Of a stretch of DNA of 64,000 nucleotides, positions 60,718 to 64,000 are shown one piece after another. Source of the DNA: Phoronis australis. Taxonomy: Eukaryota > Animalia > Phoronida. Below the pieces are notes generated by a model. It saw nothing but the letters and a program-made list of their open reading frames with translations. It was not told the DNA's origin and made no database searches. Numbering within the stretch: position 1 is the first letter of the stretch; each line of letters begins with the position of its first letter. The stretch covers positions 1,723,298 through 1,787,297 of the forward strand of contig NMRA01000010.1 of assembly GCA_002633005.1 (NCBI GenBank), given 5' to 3'. The translations under genes were made by a program, and so were the position numbers.

Positions 60718-61331
60718 CATACAATTTTGTTTTTTCCTGGTGTAAATTGAAAAGTAGACGAAACATGGACTTTATTAGATTATTAGTCATTAGAAAGACA
60801 GTGATGAAGGTAAAAGGGTGAAAGTGACTAGTGCAAACGGCCCATGTACAGCTTCCTGATTTCCTCTTAGTCGCTGACAATCCTGGATCAAATGTCATAA
60901 TTTATTAGATGGTAGTGACGATGCTTTTCATCTCAATGTGTTGTTGCGAAGCTTATGTTTAATCACCATGCCAATCGTTGTTGGCTGATCATTATCCATG
61001 CGCATACAGTCATCTTGTGAATGAAAAATATTTGTCAGTGCTCAATGCAGAACATAAATTTCCTGCTTTAAACTGAACGCCATTGATTACGTAACGTTAG
61101 GTGAGCTACTCATCGAGTGACACTTTTAAGAGTTAAGAGCTTATAAAAAGCTCCTCGATTTTTTGCAATTCAAATGACGAGGCTCTGCATCAAATTAATT
61201 GGTGAAAAGTTGTAATATGTAAGTACCTAAGTAGCTTCAGTTGACTGGAAATTATTCAACGGTGTGATATTTCACAAGAATTACCTCACGAATGAGAAGT
61301 GTTGATTATGCAAAGTGTGAAATCACGGCTA

Positions 61332-61674
61332 CCGGGATTTTCCATCGATAAGCCCACGGGTATGTATTCGGAAAATGAAAATTTTAAGGCGTTTTAGTAA
61401 CACCAAATAAACGCCCGGGCGTTTATTTGGAAAAGAGCGGCGTGTAAACGGAAAGTCATAAATTTGCTGACTCTGACATTTTTTACTTAAAACTGTGTTT
61501 TTAAGTTTTATGCTAATAAATGCATATAGTTCGCCAAAACCTTATTGACGCTGAGTGGGCTTTTAAGAGGAAATTTTCCGAATAAATGCGCCCCACCATC
61601 TGGACACTTATTTATTTTCCAAATAAGCGCCCATGGGTGTTTCATCGGGTGGGCTTATGTACGGAAAATTCCCG
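61332..61674. mobile_element. Tc1/mariner-type MITE
   Basis: TA|CCGGGATTTTCCATCGATAAGCCCAC ... GTGGGCTTATGTACGGAAAATTCCCG|TA, with internal inverted AAATAAACGCCC-type motifs. Confidence 0.75.
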
Positions 61675-61771
61675 TAACATTAGATTTTGGTCTCCGGATA
61701 ATAAGAAAATTAGACAATGTGTGGAAACTGTTTAACATAAAAACGGAAAGGTGTTCGCTATTTTGATTGAA

Positions 61772-61845
61772 ATCTCGGCCAGTTCAGGTGGTTGCGTATG
61801 AATGTCTTAATGTCAGAGTCGTGGGCTCGGGCACCACCTTGGGCG
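61772..61845 (+). pseudogene. Highly diverged tRNA-Lys pseudogene
   Basis: Colinear with tRNA-Lys (TCTTAATGTCAGAGTCGTGGGCTCGGGCACCACCTTGGGCG) and preceded by the TAACATAAAA block. Confidence 0.65.
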
Positions 61846-62273
61846 CTCTCTTGTGGTATAAACTGAACGACACACAATAAATAATTACATACACACCACA
61901 TCACATTTGTACAAACTGTGCGAGTATACAGCACATTGGTTACACGCAGTCGATTCAGCCAGCCAACAGGACTGTCGTCAAAGTGCTAAGATGCCGAGGG
62001 TGAAACTTGAATGGTGCAAAATTTCTAATGTCCATTTGCCTGACGTGCGTTTAGTGACAGTGTAGTATCCAATGTAGTGATTGTTATTACTGTAATTGCG
62101 GGTGAAATTGTAAAACCATTTGAGAGTTCCCTAGCAATCGTAAATTAAATCGGGATATTTGGTCTTTGAACAAAATCAAGATTTAGCTTTGGGACACTAT
62201 TCCAAGCCTGCATCAGATAATTTTTTAAATATAGAGGTGGAAGGTAGAATATATTATGCATGACCTTAAAAGG

Positions 62274-62328
62274 GCGAGGCTAGCTAAAGAATGGAACGTG
62301 GTCTTGATTTCGAACTCCACCCTGGGTG
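62274..62328 (+). pseudogene. Possible very decayed tRNA-Lys remnant
   Basis: GGCTAGCTAA...GATTTCGAACTCCACCCTGGGTG. Confidence 0.4.
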
Positions 62329-62471
62329 TACTGCATCTTTTGCACTTTTATACGAACGTATACGACCGTAATCTACGACTTACGGGTAAATAAATGGAAT
62401 ACTCCGTGTCGTGTCGTCATTTGACATAAAAAGTAAACATAAAAAGTGTACAAAATTCCATGTAAGTAGAT

Positions 62472-62505
62472 GCCCGACAAGCTCAGTCGGTTGGGCATGA
62501 AACTC
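62472..62505 (+). pseudogene. 5' half of a tRNA-Lys pseudogene
   Basis: GCCCGACAAGCTCAGTCGGTTGGGCATGAAACTC, ending at the anticodon loop; preceded by AACATAAAAA. Confidence 0.65.
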
Positions 62506-62722
62506 GAGTTGGAGGGTCAACGGTTTTTTAAGAACCATGAACTAATAACTAAAATCATCTCAAAAAATTTGAATAAATAATCCTTTTACTGTTATGTTTA
62601 TAGTGGGACATTCTTGGCTTTACTGTCGAAAAACGCATTTTGGGGATTGCTTTCGTATGGGACAAATTTTTTGAGGTTATTGTTTCGACCAGAGCTGTAA
62701 AACAACAAAATCTGATTTGTTT

Positions 62723-62890
62723 TTAGTGATTTATTTGACTGTACTTCGGGAGCAAGTTTTCGGTTATACAGAATTTGTCAAATGCACGACACTTTTCATT
62801 GTTCACAGTCTTTATTCCGTTACGTTCGTATTTTCGGAACAAAACTCTACTCTCAACTGAACATAGATACAGTAACTGACCTAGCGACAT
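62723..62890 (-). mobile_element. Penelope-like element ORF N-terminal fragment
   Basis: MSLGQLL...RKYER...K..N...AFDKFCITENLLPKY resembles the R..E...K......F...C....L.P motif at the start of Penelope-like ORFs; no RT follows. Confidence 0.55.
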
Positions 62891-64000
62891 AATTAAAAGA
62901 CACAAGACATTTCGAAAGTGATTTATTACAAATCACCAAGTCTCGACGTTCTCTGCCAGACATTAGCTGGAGAAATTACCAGTTAAATCCGTCTTAAGTA
63001 TTCTGCCATTTGTCGAGAGGGGTTTCGCTCCGACAGGAGAGACTGTGACCCTGGGGGTTCCAAATTCGATTCCGTGCTGAGGCTGATCGTCCCTTTAACA
63101 CAACAGGGAGCACTAAAATATGTGTTTCCTCCTGGTCTCTATCGACGCAATAAAAGCACAGGAACAGCTGTACTTAACCAATTTATTCCCCGTCAAAGAC
63201 ATCAAAGAAACAAACGATTAATAGAAGCTGAAAAATAAAAAAATAAAGACACTCAGAAGCTAGATGTGAACTAGAAAAAACAATAAAAATCGATGTAGTG
63301 AACCTTTAAGAAAATGGTCGTTGAACCCTTATAAGAGATCTATGGAGCGGAAGAATGGGCCCGGGAAGACACCTAAAATACTGCGAATCGTTTAAATCAC
63401 ACGTACGTTAAATGAATAAAAGTAAACTATACAGTAAAATAACGATCTAGAGCATACTAAGATTAATGAAATTTAAAATACGTATTTTGCGGGGCAAACA
63501 ACACGGCCAGACGTCTGATGCACGCCGGAACAGAAACAGGACTTGACAAAAAACCCACTCCCAAAGGATTGGACGCTAGGGGTGGCACTAGAATTATGTT
63601 GCAAAAATTTGACCCTTTTTAGCGTTAAAACCCAAAAAAGACCGTTTTGTAGGGATTTAAATGAAACTTTTAGTAAGAAGGCCAAACTCTCCTCCCCACA
63701 CCATACCTGTGGGTGCTCACGTGGAGTACAGGACCATAAGTGAGGAAGCGTTCACTTTACCTATGTTTTAAGACGAGGTATTTGTTCTGCCGCAGAAAGT
63801 GACAGGCTAATTTTGAATGAAAACAACAAAACAAGAATTGAAAAGGAGTTTTAACTCGAAAAACTGATGTCTTTCAATGCAAAAGCCACAGATTTTTTGA
63901 TTCGTGTTGGTTTTGGCCTAAAATGAGAATTATTATTTCACTTTCTGGATCTCCTTGCCAGCTGAGATCAAATGTTAGCTGCTTAATTCTGAATTAAGAC

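Larger units (their letters stand above)
51850..62505 (+). repeat. Tandem tRNA-Lys(CTT) gene array, core unit ~1.06 kb
   Basis: Recurrent spacer blocks (GACAGTGAGAA, GCTGATCACGAGTAC, GTTGCCATCAGTGATT, GACCTCCATTGACTG, GGATATTATCAAAATC, TAACATAAAA) each followed by a tRNA-Lys or its remnant; 58068 to 59131 is 1063 bp. Confidence 0.9.

Overview
Eukaryotic, AT-rich, repeat-dense window, most consistent with a marine invertebrate genome (spliceosomal introns, tRNA-derived SINEs, Penelope, Kolobok and Tx1-like elements); the taxon cannot be fixed from sequence alone. Host genes: a class A GPCR with a single coding exon (1874-2998 +), a probable secreted or membrane Ig-like gene (29597-28510 -) and a four-exon Reeler-domain gene (47012-42826 -). 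A decayed Tx1/L1-type LINE (30400-38549 -) is split by a head-to-tail array of a ~665-bp unit whose two ends fall in the same register. About 51850-62505 is a tandem tRNA-Lys(CTT) array with two perfect central genes, progressively decayed flanking copies and three transposon insertions. Other elements: a Kolobok-like deletion derivative keeping the starts of both convergent ORFs, an ISL2EU-like THAP element with a nested HIRAN-like remnant, Penelope fragments with hammerhead-like motifs, and several MITEs. Two N gaps (11683, 34281) sit beside near-identical duplications that are probably assembly artefacts. All family assignments come from manual motif reading; no database searches were run.
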